In this document: positions 16,418 through 24,315 of the stretch, piece after piece | How positions within the stretch are numbered: the stretch's first letter is position 1 | Layout: each line of letters begins with the position of its first letter | DNA from: an uncultured Planctomycetia bacterium | GTDB taxonomy: Bacteria; Omnitrophota; Gorgyraeia; Duberdicusellales; 4484-171 | NCBI GenBank assembly: GCA_964536865.1 | Contig: CAZHYN010000013.1 | Span: 14,513 to 46,512 of the forward strand | Reading direction: 5' to 3' | Length of the DNA stretch: 32,000 bases | The notes under the pieces: generated by a model | The model's database searches: none | Seen by the model: the letters and a program-made list of their open reading frames with translations, nothing else | What the model was told of the DNA's origin: nothing | Program-made: the position numbers and the translations under genes

Positions 16418-17209
16418 ATGGAAATAATTTTTATACCCATAATCCTTCTCTTGATGTCCTCTTTGGGAGCAGTAAATTTTTATCTCTTCGTAGGGAGGCA
16501 GGTGAGCATAAAAGAATCATTTAAACTAGTGACTTCAGCATTAGCGCTTAATAAGCTTCTTTTTACTGGTTCAGGATATCTAGTTTCAAGTTTCTTCTCT
16601 CGAAGTAAAAATTTACCTTTTTATAAGACCCTGACCGTTTTTGCATTTCTAGAATTTATGGGCAATTCTTTGTGGTTAATTTTAGGTATTTATTTTGGCG
16701 CCAAGTTAGCTATAAGGGTGCCCTTAGCTCTTATAATAATATTGATTATCTTTGGTATCACCTTTCTATTTAAAAGACATAAATTTATTCTATTCTTTAA
16801 AAATATTTTGCAATACTTTAAGGAAGTGGGTGCTAGGATTTTTCTTATCCTCCCCTTTACGATTACCAATGTATTTTTAGTAGTTCTTTATTATTTTTTT
16901 CTTTTTCGTTTCTTTTCTTTCCATACGGGAATTCCCTCTATTTTAAAAATTGTTTCTGTTTCTTTTACTATAGGGTACCTATCTCCTGCTCCTTCAGGTA
17001 TTGGCTTCAAAGATACGGGATTGGTATTACTTCTGGTAAGAGAAGGGATCGATCTTCCTGGAGCTTTATCTATTGCTATATGGGATAGATTGATTACCAC
17101 TTTTTTCTGGATATCATTAGGAGGAGTGGTGGGTTTTAATTTGATTAAAGAAGTGATGAAGGAGAAATTTAAGATAAAACTAAAGAGTAAAGAAAGTAAG
17201 AATTTATAA
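16418..17209 (+). CDS. multi-pass membrane protein, flippase-like / LPG-synthase-TM (UPF0104)-like
   Basis: 263 aa with about 7 hydrophobic helices. Its position after glycosyltransferases and general composition fit the family, but there is no catalytic motif, so the family call is tentative. Confidence 0.45.
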   Translation: MEIIFIPIILLLMSSLGAVNFYLFVGRQVSIKESFKLVTSALALNKLLFTGSGYLVSSFFSRSKNLPFYKTLTVFAFLEFMGNSLWLILGIYFGAKLAIRVPLALIIILIIFGITFLFKRHKFILFFKNILQYFKEVGARIFLILPFTITNVFLVVLYYFFLFRFFSFHTGIPSILKIVSVSFTIGYLSPAPSGIGFKDTGLVLLLVREGIDLPGALSIAIWDRLITTFFWISLGGVVGFNLIKEVMKEKFKIKLKSKESKNL

Positions 17210-17307
17210 ATTCTCTTTTTACTTGTAATACAATGTTTATAGATTAAAGTTGATAATAATGCACAAGAAAAGTAAAATAAAAGGCTACAGGAGCTTTGTG
17301 TTGAGAG

Positions 17308-17886
17308 ATGTTTACAGGAATTGTTAAAGATATAGGAAGAGTAAAAAAGATTGTAAAGAGGGTAAACTTATGGAGGGTAGGAATTAACTGTCTGAGACTC
17401 TATAAAGAAAGTTCTTTATCTGATAGTATCTCTGTAAATGGGGTATGTCTTACCTTGACTGAAAAAAAACAAGACTTGCTTTTCTTTGATATAATAAAGT
17501 CTACTCTGGAGAATACTAATTTAAAAAGATTAAAGATCGGCTCTTACGTTAATATTGAGCTCTCTTTGAAAGTAGGTGAGAGAGTAGGTGGACACTTCGT
17601 TTTAGGTCACGTGGATTGTGAGTCGAAAATAAAGAGCATAAAGCACAAAAGAGATTTTTATACTTTTGAAATTGAGCTTCCTAAAAGATTTAAAAACCTA
17701 ATTACAGAGAAAGGTTCAATTGCTGTTGAGGGAATTAGTTTAACCCTTCAAGAAATAAATCCTACATCTTTTGCTATTGACGTAATTCCCTATACCTTTG
17801 CACATACCAATTTAAAATATAAGAAAGTAGGAGACTGGGTTAATTTAGAATTTGACTACCTTCTTAAATCAACTATTAATAGGTAA
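17308..17886 (+). CDS. ribE: riboflavin synthase alpha chain
   Basis: MFTGIV start. Two lumazine-binding repeats (SVNGVCLT and GHFVLGHVD in repeat 1; AVEGISLT in repeat 2). 192 aa. Confidence 0.9.
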   Translation: MFTGIVKDIGRVKKIVKRVNLWRVGINCLRLYKESSLSDSISVNGVCLTLTEKKQDLLFFDIIKSTLENTNLKRLKIGSYVNIELSLKVGERVGGHFVLGHVDCESKIKSIKHKRDFYTFEIELPKRFKNLITEKGSIAVEGISLTLQEINPTSFAIDVIPYTFAHTNLKYKKVGDWVNLEFDYLLKSTINR

Positions 17887-17891
17887 TTTTT

Positions 17892-17968
17892 CGGGGCGTA
17901 GCTCAGGTGGTTTTAAGAGCACTTGGTTCGGGACCAAGAGGTCAGCAGTTCAAATCTGCTCGCCCCGA
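17892..17968 (+). tRNA. tRNA-Pro (CGG)
   Basis: Acceptor CGGGGCG/CGCCCCG, anticodon arm CTTGG-TTCGGGA-CCAAG and T-arm AGCAG-TTCAAAT-CTGCT. CCA is not encoded. Confidence 0.9.
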
Positions 17969-18085
17969 TCTTAATTTAATGAGAGAGTAGATATAAAAAT
18001 CAAGAGTTCTCCAAACTCAGCTTTTTGTCTTAAAGAAAACTTGAGTTGACATTTGAGATATGAAAGTGAAATAGATTAACTCTTA

Positions 18086-18114
18086 TTGAAAGAAGTTGAC
18101 TTTTATGGTATAAA
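18086..18114 (+). promoter_or_regulatory. candidate promoter for ssrA
   Basis: TTGAAA (18086-18091), 17-nt spacer, TATAAA (18109-18114), about 20 nt upstream of the mature tmRNA 5' end. Confidence 0.35.
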
Positions 18115-18133
18115 TATATTGCTCTTAGAAAAT

Positions 18134-18495
18134 GGGGGTGAAAGGGCCTCGACTCAATAAGCAGGGAAGGAGTTGCATGCCAGCGGGTAGACCAGCTGTT
18201 TAAGAGGTCTACACCAAATAAAGGCAACAAGCTATGCCTCTACTCCTGCTTACGCAGTTTGTTAAGCAGGGCTCTTAATCCTGTTTGTCTCTGACGGGAT
18301 TAAGGGTTCGGTAAGAGAGACTAGAGGTAGATTCTTAACCTTGGGGATTTACCTCGAAAAATCAACAAGGTTGCTTTCTAACAGATCCTGTCTCTCGGAG
18401 CTGTTAGAGAAAAGATCAAAAGAGAGACTAAGCATGTAGTAGGCTCCTCTTTTAGCTTATTGAGGACGCGGGTTCGATTCCCGCCACCTCCACCA
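18134..18495 (+). ncRNA. ssrA: tmRNA (transfer-messenger RNA)
   Basis: The 5' GGGGGUG pairs with the 3' CACCUCC-ACCA, giving a G3:U wobble (Ala identity). T-arm GGACGCGGGUUCGAUUCCCGCC, conserved ACUAAGCAUGUAG, encoded CCA. Likely tag frame GCA 18224 to UAA 18263-18265, with the stop inside hairpin CUGCUUA/UAAGCAG. Confidence 0.9.
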
Positions 18496-18598
18496 TTATC
18501 TCTTATTTTCTTTTGTTCCTTCCTGATACAATTTTTCTGCTAAGATCTAGTAAATATAGAATTTGGCAAAGAAAGAGTTCTTTTATATAATAATTTAT

Positions 18599-18850
18599 AT
18601 GCCTATATATCTTTATCGTGTTGATAAAGGGGAGAAAGGGTGTAAATTATGTAAGATAGGATTGGAGGTTCTTCAGAAAGTAGGAGAAAAACCTCTTAAA
18701 AGATGTCCTAAATGTGGAAGTAAGCTTAGAAAAGTATTTTCTACCTTTTCTTTGGGTTTTTCCAAAACAGGGTTGGAAAGAAGAGCAAAGGAAGCAGGGT
18801 TTCATAAGTTAAAGCGAGTAGATAAGGGAAAGTATGAGAAGCTATATTAG
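18599..18850 (+). CDS. FmdB-family zinc-ribbon protein (CxxC...CxxC)
   Basis: MPIYLYR start typical of the family, with CKLC and CPKC pairs. ATG at 18599 is preferred over the upstream TTG at 18563. Confidence 0.75.
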   Translation: MPIYLYRVDKGEKGCKLCKIGLEVLQKVGEKPLKRCPKCGSKLRKVFSTFSLGFSKTGLERRAKEAGFHKLKRVDKGKYEKLY

Positions 18851-18861
18851 AGACCACTAAG

Positions 18862-19284
18862 TTGTATAGAAAATTATCTACTTATCTTCTTGAGATTAAT
18901 AATAAGACAGAGAAGGAAATAAATATTGGAAGACTGGGGAAGATAGAGTTTAAAAAGGGAACCTATCTCTATGTTGGTTCAGCAAAGAAAGGTTTAGTCT
19001 CTCGTCTAAGGAGACATCTATCTAGAAAGAAAAGATTATTCTGGCATATAGATTACTTTCTAAATGAGAAGGAAGTATCTGTAGAGAAGATTTGGCTTAC
19101 TTATTTAGATGAGTGTCTTACATCAAAACTTATCTCTGAAAGTGTAGAAGTAGTAAAAGGATTTGGCTCTTCCGATTGTCAATGTTTAGGACATCTTTTC
19201 TACTTAGGAAGAAGTAAAATAAGGAAAAACCTAAAAGACAAACTTAAACTAGAGTCAGTGGGAAAAAGGGATTTGGTTGCTTAG
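18862..19284 (+). CDS. DUF123 / GIY-YIG superfamily nuclease-like protein
   Basis: GTYLYVGSAKKGLVSRLRRH...FWHIDYF matches the DUF123 signature (GxYxYvGSA...RH...HWHIDYL). TTG start, so the start is uncertain. Confidence 0.7.
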   Translation: MYRKLSTYLLEINNKTEKEINIGRLGKIEFKKGTYLYVGSAKKGLVSRLRRHLSRKKRLFWHIDYFLNEKEVSVEKIWLTYLDECLTSKLISESVEVVKGFGSSDCQCLGHLFYLGRSKIRKNLKDKLKLESVGKRDLVA

Positions 19285-19412
19285 AAAAAATTTGAAGAAA
19301 AATTATTCGGATAGCTTAAATTATGGTACAATTATAGTCTCTATTTTGTGTAGGTTTACTTAGTAACTTAGTAAAGGTAAAGTTTAGTAAGTTTATATTT
19401 AATGTAGGAAGA

Positions 19413-19769
19413 ATGATAGAAAGAAGAAAATATCGAAGAGCGAGAGATGGAGCACGAGTTATCTTCAAAATTTTAAATAAGAAGGGGGAGATAGAACTTG
19501 ATACTATCGACGTTGGAGCAGGAGGGATGTGCATTCCTTTAAAAGAAAGAGTTAACCCCAACACTCTCATAGAGATAGGATTAATCCTTCCCGGAGAAAA
19601 GAAACCTTTTTACGTATTTGCTGAAGTTAGATGGCAGGCAAGATTACCTAAAAGAGATGATAGAGGTAATTTATATTTTCCTACTGGGGTAATGTTTCTA
19701 AAAATGAATAAAGATGAGAGAAAAAAACTCATCCAGCATATCTACCATTCTACTAGAGAAAAAGAGTAG
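19413..19769 (+). CDS. PilZ domain protein with variant second motif
   Basis: RRKYRR (RxxxR) is present. The second motif reads DVGAGG (DxGxxG) instead of (D/N)xSxxG. The overall layout parallels the 6043 PilZ (ARVIFKI.../...GGMCIPL). Confidence 0.7.
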   Translation: MIERRKYRRARDGARVIFKILNKKGEIELDTIDVGAGGMCIPLKERVNPNTLIEIGLILPGEKKPFYVFAEVRWQARLPKRDDRGNLYFPTGVMFLKMNKDERKKLIQHIYHSTREKE

Positions 19770-19786
19770 CCGAATCTGTTAGCTCT

Positions 19787-20719
19787 ATGAGTTACCTTTA
19801 CGGTCCAGTGTACTCACGAAGATTAGGGCTTTCTTTAGGAGTTGATCCATTCTCCAGGAAAGTATGTAGCTTCGATTGCGTTTACTGTCAGTTAGGCCCC
19901 ACCCCTAGAAAAACCGTAGTTAGAAGAGGAGGAATTGATTTACAGAAAGTAAGAGAAGAGTTAGAGAATATTTTGAAGAGTAAAACAAAAATAGATTATA
20001 TTACTATCTCTGGATCAGGGGAACCAACTCTCATTAAAAATCTAGATAAACTAATAAGACTGATAGGGAAGATTTGTAAGTATAAATATCCTATTTGTGT
20101 AATAACTAATTCTTCTCTTCTCTATAGAGAAGATGTAAGAAATCAATTAAGAGATGCAGATTTAGTGATTCCCTCTTTAGATGCTCCTAATCAAGAAATT
20201 TTTCAAAAGATTAACAGACCCCATCCTCTAGTTACGTTAGATAAGATAGTTAAGGGACTTATAGAGTTTAGGAAGGAATATAGAGGGAAGATATGGTTAG
20301 AGATTATGTTAGTTAAAGGAATTAATGATAAAGAGAATTTTGCTTACCAATTTAAGAGAATAATTCCTGAGATTGATCCTGATAGAGTGCAAATTAATAT
20401 CCCTATAAGAGCTATTCCTTACCTTAAGAAAAGTTTACTCCCTTCTCCCAAGGTTATATATCAGTTTAAGAAAATTCTAGGGAAAAATTGTCAGGTTGTT
20501 AGCTTCAGAAAAGTTAAAGTTAAAAAGATAAGGACTTTTATAGATAAGAATCTAGTATTTGCCTCTTTAAAAAGAAGGCCTCAAAGTATTGAGGAGTTGA
20601 GTGTATCTTTAGGAGCAGAATCAGAAGTGATTGAAAAATGTGTTAGAAGTCTCCTAAAAGATAAAAAAGTAAGAGAAGTTATGAGAGGGAATAGAAGATA
20701 TTTAATGATTAAAAGATGA
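19787..20719 (+). CDS. radical SAM protein (small COG0731-like type), substrate unknown
   Basis: CSFDCVYC (Cx3Cx2C) near the N-terminus, a GSGEPTL glycine-rich SAM motif and a C-terminal wHTH-like tail. Confidence 0.8.
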   Translation: MSYLYGPVYSRRLGLSLGVDPFSRKVCSFDCVYCQLGPTPRKTVVRRGGIDLQKVREELENILKSKTKIDYITISGSGEPTLIKNLDKLIRLIGKICKYKYPICVITNSSLLYREDVRNQLRDADLVIPSLDAPNQEIFQKINRPHPLVTLDKIVKGLIEFRKEYRGKIWLEIMLVKGINDKENFAYQFKRIIPEIDPDRVQINIPIRAIPYLKKSLLPSPKVIYQFKKILGKNCQVVSFRKVKVKKIRTFIDKNLVFASLKRRPQSIEELSVSLGAESEVIEKCVRSLLKDKKVREVMRGNRRYLMIKR

Positions 20720-21371
20720 TAAGAGAGAATGTAGAAAGGATACTAAGACAAATACCCTCTTATGTAGAGGTGGTAGTAGCAACGAAAAAAGAATTCCCTC
20801 CGAGATTTTAGAGGCTATCACTGCAGGAATAAAGATAATAGGGGAAAATTATGTTCAGGAGGCAGAGAAAAAGATAGAAGTAATAGGTAACAAGAATGTG
20901 GATTGGCACCTTATTGGTCATCTTCAGAAAAATAAAGTGAAAAAAGCGGTGAGACTATTTGATATGATACAGACTTTGGATTCTATAGAGTTAGCACAAC
21001 TTCTAGATAAGGAGTGTAAAAGGATAGGAAAAATTATGCCTGTTCTAATTGAAATAAATATTGCTAAGGAGTCTGCCAAAGCTGGTATATTTCCCGATGA
21101 TTTGGATAATCTTGTTAAGGAGATTTTACCGTTAGAGAATTTAAAGGTGATGGGCCTTATGACTATGGGGCCATCAGTTGAACACCCCCATCAGTTAAGG
21201 CCTTACTTTAGAGAGATAAAGAAGTTGTTTGATGGTATCAAAGAAGAGTATCCTGCTCTTTCCGATTTTAAATATCTTTCTATGGGTATGAGTTCTAGTT
21301 TCAAGGTAGCGATAGAGGAAGGAGCAAACATGATAAGGTTGGGTACAGTTATTTTTGGTCCTCGGGAGTGA
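20716..21371 (+). pseudogene. yggS: YggS-family PLP-homeostasis protein, interrupted by a 1-nt frameshift at an A6 tract
   Basis: Frame A (ATG 20716) gives MIRENVERILRQIPSYVEVVVATKK, then a stop at 20809-20811. The frame offset by -1 continues as (K)RIPSEILEAITAGIKIIGENYVQE...WHLIGHLQKNK...GMSSSF...RLGTVIFG through to 21371. The switch maps to AAAAAA at 20785-20790. Confidence 0.8.
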
Positions 21372-22078
21372 TGAGATTAAGGGTTCTGTTTGACAAAGAA
21401 GTTATGAATCAAAGTTTTGAAGGGGGTTGGGGTGTTTCTTATCTTGTAGATGATGATCTTCTTTTCGATACGGGAGAAAAGTTTTCCTATATTGAGAAGA
21501 ATAGTAAACTAATGGGTATAGATTTAATGGGGATAACCAAGGTAGTTATTTCTCATCAACATTGGGATCACACCCAGGGATTAGATGGTTTTTTGGAGAT
21601 AAATAAAGACATTACCGTTTATGTGTGCGCCCACTCTAGCAAAGATTTTAAGGATCGTATTCTAAAACGGAAAGCGAAGTTAGTAGAAGTGAAAGATGTA
21701 GTTAGCATAAAAGAAGGGATATACTCCAGTGGGGAGTGTCTTGCTTCTTATAAAGGAAAAGGGATTGCTGAACAAAGTTTGATAATTGATAGAGGCAAGG
21801 ATTTAGTTTTACTCTGTGGATGTGCTCACTTTGGTTTGCTAAATATTATAGAAAAAGTAAGGAAGAGTTTCAATAAAGATATATATTGTTTAATAGGAGG
21901 ATTTCATCTTATGGATAAAGAGAAAAGGTTTATTGAGTATATAGTTAGGGAATGTAGAAAAACAGTAAAGAAGATAGCACCTTCTCACTGTACAGGATTT
22001 CTTGCTGTTTCTTTATTTCGGGAGGTTTTTAAGGGGGATTTCTTGGAGATAAAAGTAGGTAAAGAGATAGAATTTTAA
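21368..22078 (+). CDS. MBL-fold metallo-hydrolase (COG1237-like)
   Basis: HQHWDH (HxHxDH) metal motif, plus downstream H/D/C ligand candidates (CGCAHFG, GGFHL, PSHCTG). The start is GTG 21368 or ATG 21371, overlapping the yggS stop. Confidence 0.75.
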   Translation: MMRLRVLFDKEVMNQSFEGGWGVSYLVDDDLLFDTGEKFSYIEKNSKLMGIDLMGITKVVISHQHWDHTQGLDGFLEINKDITVYVCAHSSKDFKDRILKRKAKLVEVKDVVSIKEGIYSSGECLASYKGKGIAEQSLIIDRGKDLVLLCGCAHFGLLNIIEKVRKSFNKDIYCLIGGFHLMDKEKRFIEYIVRECRKTVKKIAPSHCTGFLAVSLFREVFKGDFLEIKVGKEIEF

Positions 22079-22166
22079 AGATATGGAGATTGTTTTTCAT
22101 TCTCTAAAGCAGGCTTTAATAATTCATCTTTTCTGTTCTCTTAACTATTTTTACCATATGTATTTA

Positions 22167-22198
22167 GTTTCTATCTTTAAAAGTTTCTATCTTTAAAA
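22167..22198. repeat. perfect 16-bp tandem duplication (GTTTCTATCTTTAAAA x2)
   Basis: 22167-22182 equals 22183-22198, read directly. It lies in the 223-bp intergenic region upstream of mpg. Confidence 0.9.
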
Positions 22199-22349
22199 AG
22201 AGAACTATCTTATTCATCAAGGAGGCAAGTTATTCCTTGGAAGGTTATTATATCTGAATCTATGAGCTTGAAAGGCTAAAAAATCTATTTTTAAGTCGAT
22301 TGTGTTAGAAGATTTGAGAGATTTTAAAATTAGTCTCTTAAGGAAACGT

Positions 22350-22931
22350 ATGCGAACAAAACATTTCTTTCTTAATCAGGCTCCTTACGTTGCTTACCAT
22401 CTTTTGGGTGATTACATAGTAGTTGCTAAAGGGAGAAAGAATTTAGTAGGGAGAATTGTAGAGACAGAAGCCTACCTGGGTGTAGAGGATGATGCTTCTC
22501 ATGCTTTTGGCGGCAAAATCACTTCTAGAAATAAATTTCTCTACCAAGAAGGGGGTATAATTTATGTATATTTAATTTATGGAAAATTTTGGTGTTTTAA
22601 CGTGGTAGTTTCAAGAAAAGGGGATCCCCAAGCAGTGTTTATTAGAGCTATCCAGCCTCTTAGGGGGGTAGAGATTATGAGGAAGAACAGAGGAGGAAGA
22701 GATCAGAGAGAGCTCACTAACGGCCCGGGGCGATGGACACAAGCCTTGGGTATTGATGGAAGATTATTAGGCAGAAGTATTACCTCTACAGACTTTTTTA
22801 TTTCCACAGGCCTCTATAAAGGATTTTCTGTAGTAAGAACGAAGAGAATAGGAGTTGATTATGCTGTTCGTTGTAAGGATCTTCCTTTGAGATACTATAT
22901 TAAAAATAATCTCTTTGTTTCAGTGAAATAG
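22350..22931 (+). CDS. mpg: DNA-3-methyladenine glycosylase (Mpg/AAG family)
   Basis: IVETEAYLGVEDDASHAF...ITSRN...GGIIYVYLIYG...NGPGR signature. ATG at 22350 with an AAGGAAA upstream is preferred over the GTG at 22302. Confidence 0.85.
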   Translation: MRTKHFFLNQAPYVAYHLLGDYIVVAKGRKNLVGRIVETEAYLGVEDDASHAFGGKITSRNKFLYQEGGIIYVYLIYGKFWCFNVVVSRKGDPQAVFIRAIQPLRGVEIMRKNRGGRDQRELTNGPGRWTQALGIDGRLLGRSITSTDFFISTGLYKGFSVVRTKRIGVDYAVRCKDLPLRYYIKNNLFVSVK

Positions 22932-22932
22932 T

Positions 22933-24246
22933 TTAGGTAGTAAACCCCGAACCCCGCCCTTTCCTTGAAAGGGTGGGGTTCGGGGTAAATTTCTTGTTGA
23001 GTTCTCGTACGTAGTTCTTCATTTGGTAGAAATCTCTAAATTTATCTTCGAAGAAGATAAATATAGAATTATTGTGGAGAAGGGGTTCTTTCAACTTCTC
23101 CTGATATAGCTTAAATAGATCCGTTCCGGGTACAGGAGAGTATTCTGCCAGAGAAACTTTTGCCCCTAAAGAATGTAGAAAATCGATTTCTTTCTTAAGC
23201 TCTTCTAAATTTTGGTTAGGATAGCCTAGAAGAAGGTATACACTGAATTCCCCTTCTTTAAATCCTCCCTTTTTTAAAAAATCTATTCCTTTAACTACTT
23301 CTTCAGTAGTTACTTTGTCCCCCCACATTTTTTGTAAATTTCTGTTAAGCGTTTCTAAGCCAAAGTGGATATTAACGAATCCCAATTTCTTTAAAAGGTA
23401 AGCAATTTCTTCATCAAGGAATCTAAAATGGAGGGCGTTGGGAGTGTGAAAATTTGCTTTAATCTTTAGAGTTTCTAATTTTCTTAATAAACTTTTCACT
23501 TTATCTTTAGAATAAAGAAAAGCATCATCATAGAGAACAAAATTTCTTATACCTTTACTGTAATGGTAGGAGATAAATTCAATAATTTTTTCCTCTGGTA
23601 GCCGTAAGAATCCATCAAATAATTTCTTTATGGCACAATAGCTGCAGTTGAACGGACATCCCCATGAGGTTCTTACTACTACATAATCTAGATGAGAGTA
23701 GAAGTGTTCGTAATCAGGGAGAGTGAAGTAAAATTCTTTAAAGTCAAAAGGGACATTTAATAATTCAAAGAAAGTTTGTAAATCTTGATTCTTAAATATA
23801 TAATCGCAAGAAATGTTAGCTTTGGCATGGTGATACATTAAAGTGGGATAAATCCCTCCAAGAATTATTTTTGTAGAGAATCGCTCTCTAATAATTTCTA
23901 CTAACTGACGTATTCCCCAGTACCAATAAGTCATAGAGGATGTGAGGAGAATAAACTTAGGGTTCTGATGGGGGAGTAGCTTAAGGAATTCTTGGGGAGT
24001 AATCCCATACCTTTTGAAATAACGAGGTACTGAATTTAAGAGTGGCGGCTTAGAGACAATTTCAGAATAGTATTTGCCTCTTCCAAAATTGTCTACAGTT
24101 GTTTTTTTCTCTAAACAGTCTAAGTATGTTATTCCTACTCCTTTATTCTTAAGGTAGGTTAAAATTACCAAAAATCCGTAAGGTTTGAGCCAAAAGTCGT
24201 AGGCAGCGAAATCGTAAATCCAGGGATTTATTGCTAAGATTTGCAT
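22933..24246 (-). CDS. B12-binding-domain radical SAM protein, substrate unknown
   Basis: 437 aa. The N-terminal ~150 aa are Rossmann-like, as in the cobalamin-binding domain class, followed by SWGCPFNCSYC (Cx3Cx2C). Confidence 0.75.
   Translation of the reverse strand: MQILAINPWIYDFAAYDFWLKPYGFLVILTYLKNKGVGITYLDCLEKKTTVDNFGRGKYYSEIVSKPPLLNSVPRYFKRYGITPQEFLKLLPHQNPKFILLTSSMTYWYWGIRQLVEIIRERFSTKIILGGIYPTLMYHHAKANISCDYIFKNQDLQTFFELLNVPFDFKEFYFTLPDYEHFYSHLDYVVVRTSWGCPFNCSYCAIKKLFDGFLRLPEEKIIEFISYHYSKGIRNFVLYDDAFLYSKDKVKSLLRKLETLKIKANFHTPNALHFRFLDEEIAYLLKKLGFVNIHFGLETLNRNLQKMWGDKVTTEEVVKGIDFLKKGGFKEGEFSVYLLLGYPNQNLEELKKEIDFLHSLGAKVSLAEYSPVPGTDLFKLYQEKLKEPLLHNNSIFIFFEDKFRDFYQMKNYVRELNKKFTPNPTLSRKGRGSGFTT
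22944..22986. terminator. bidirectional intrinsic terminator between mpg and the minus-strand radical SAM gene
   Basis: 19-bp stem ACCCCGAACCCCGCCCUUU / AAAGGGUGGGGUUCGGGGU (one G:U pair) with loop CCUUG. It overlaps the last codons of the minus-strand ORF. Confidence 0.8.
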
Positions 24247-24315
24247 TACTAGTCAGTATTTTATTATAATTTTATCACCAAGGCAATCATCCCTTATGAT
24301 ATAATAGAAAGTAAA

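Noticed and set aside
17210-17307. FMN riboswitch upstream of ribE
   Set aside because: The spacer is only 98 nt, very AT-rich, and lacks the conserved FMN-element G-rich junction sequences.
18030-18230. 66-aa minus-strand ORF
   Set aside because: It is antisense to the 5' third of the tmRNA gene and its promoter, so it is an artefact of a stop-free antisense stretch.
18496-20719. Genomic island integrated at ssrA
   Set aside because: No integrase or recombinase is present. No direct repeat of the ssrA 3' end (GGTTCGATTCCCGCCACCTCCACCA) is seen downstream, and I noted no obvious compositional break by eye.
20785-20790. Programmed -1 ribosomal frameshift in yggS
   Set aside because: The tract in frame is G AAA AAA G, not a canonical X XXY YYZ heptamer context. 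There is no obvious downstream stimulatory hairpin or pseudoknot. A homopolymer error or a genuine 1-nt deletion is more parsimonious.
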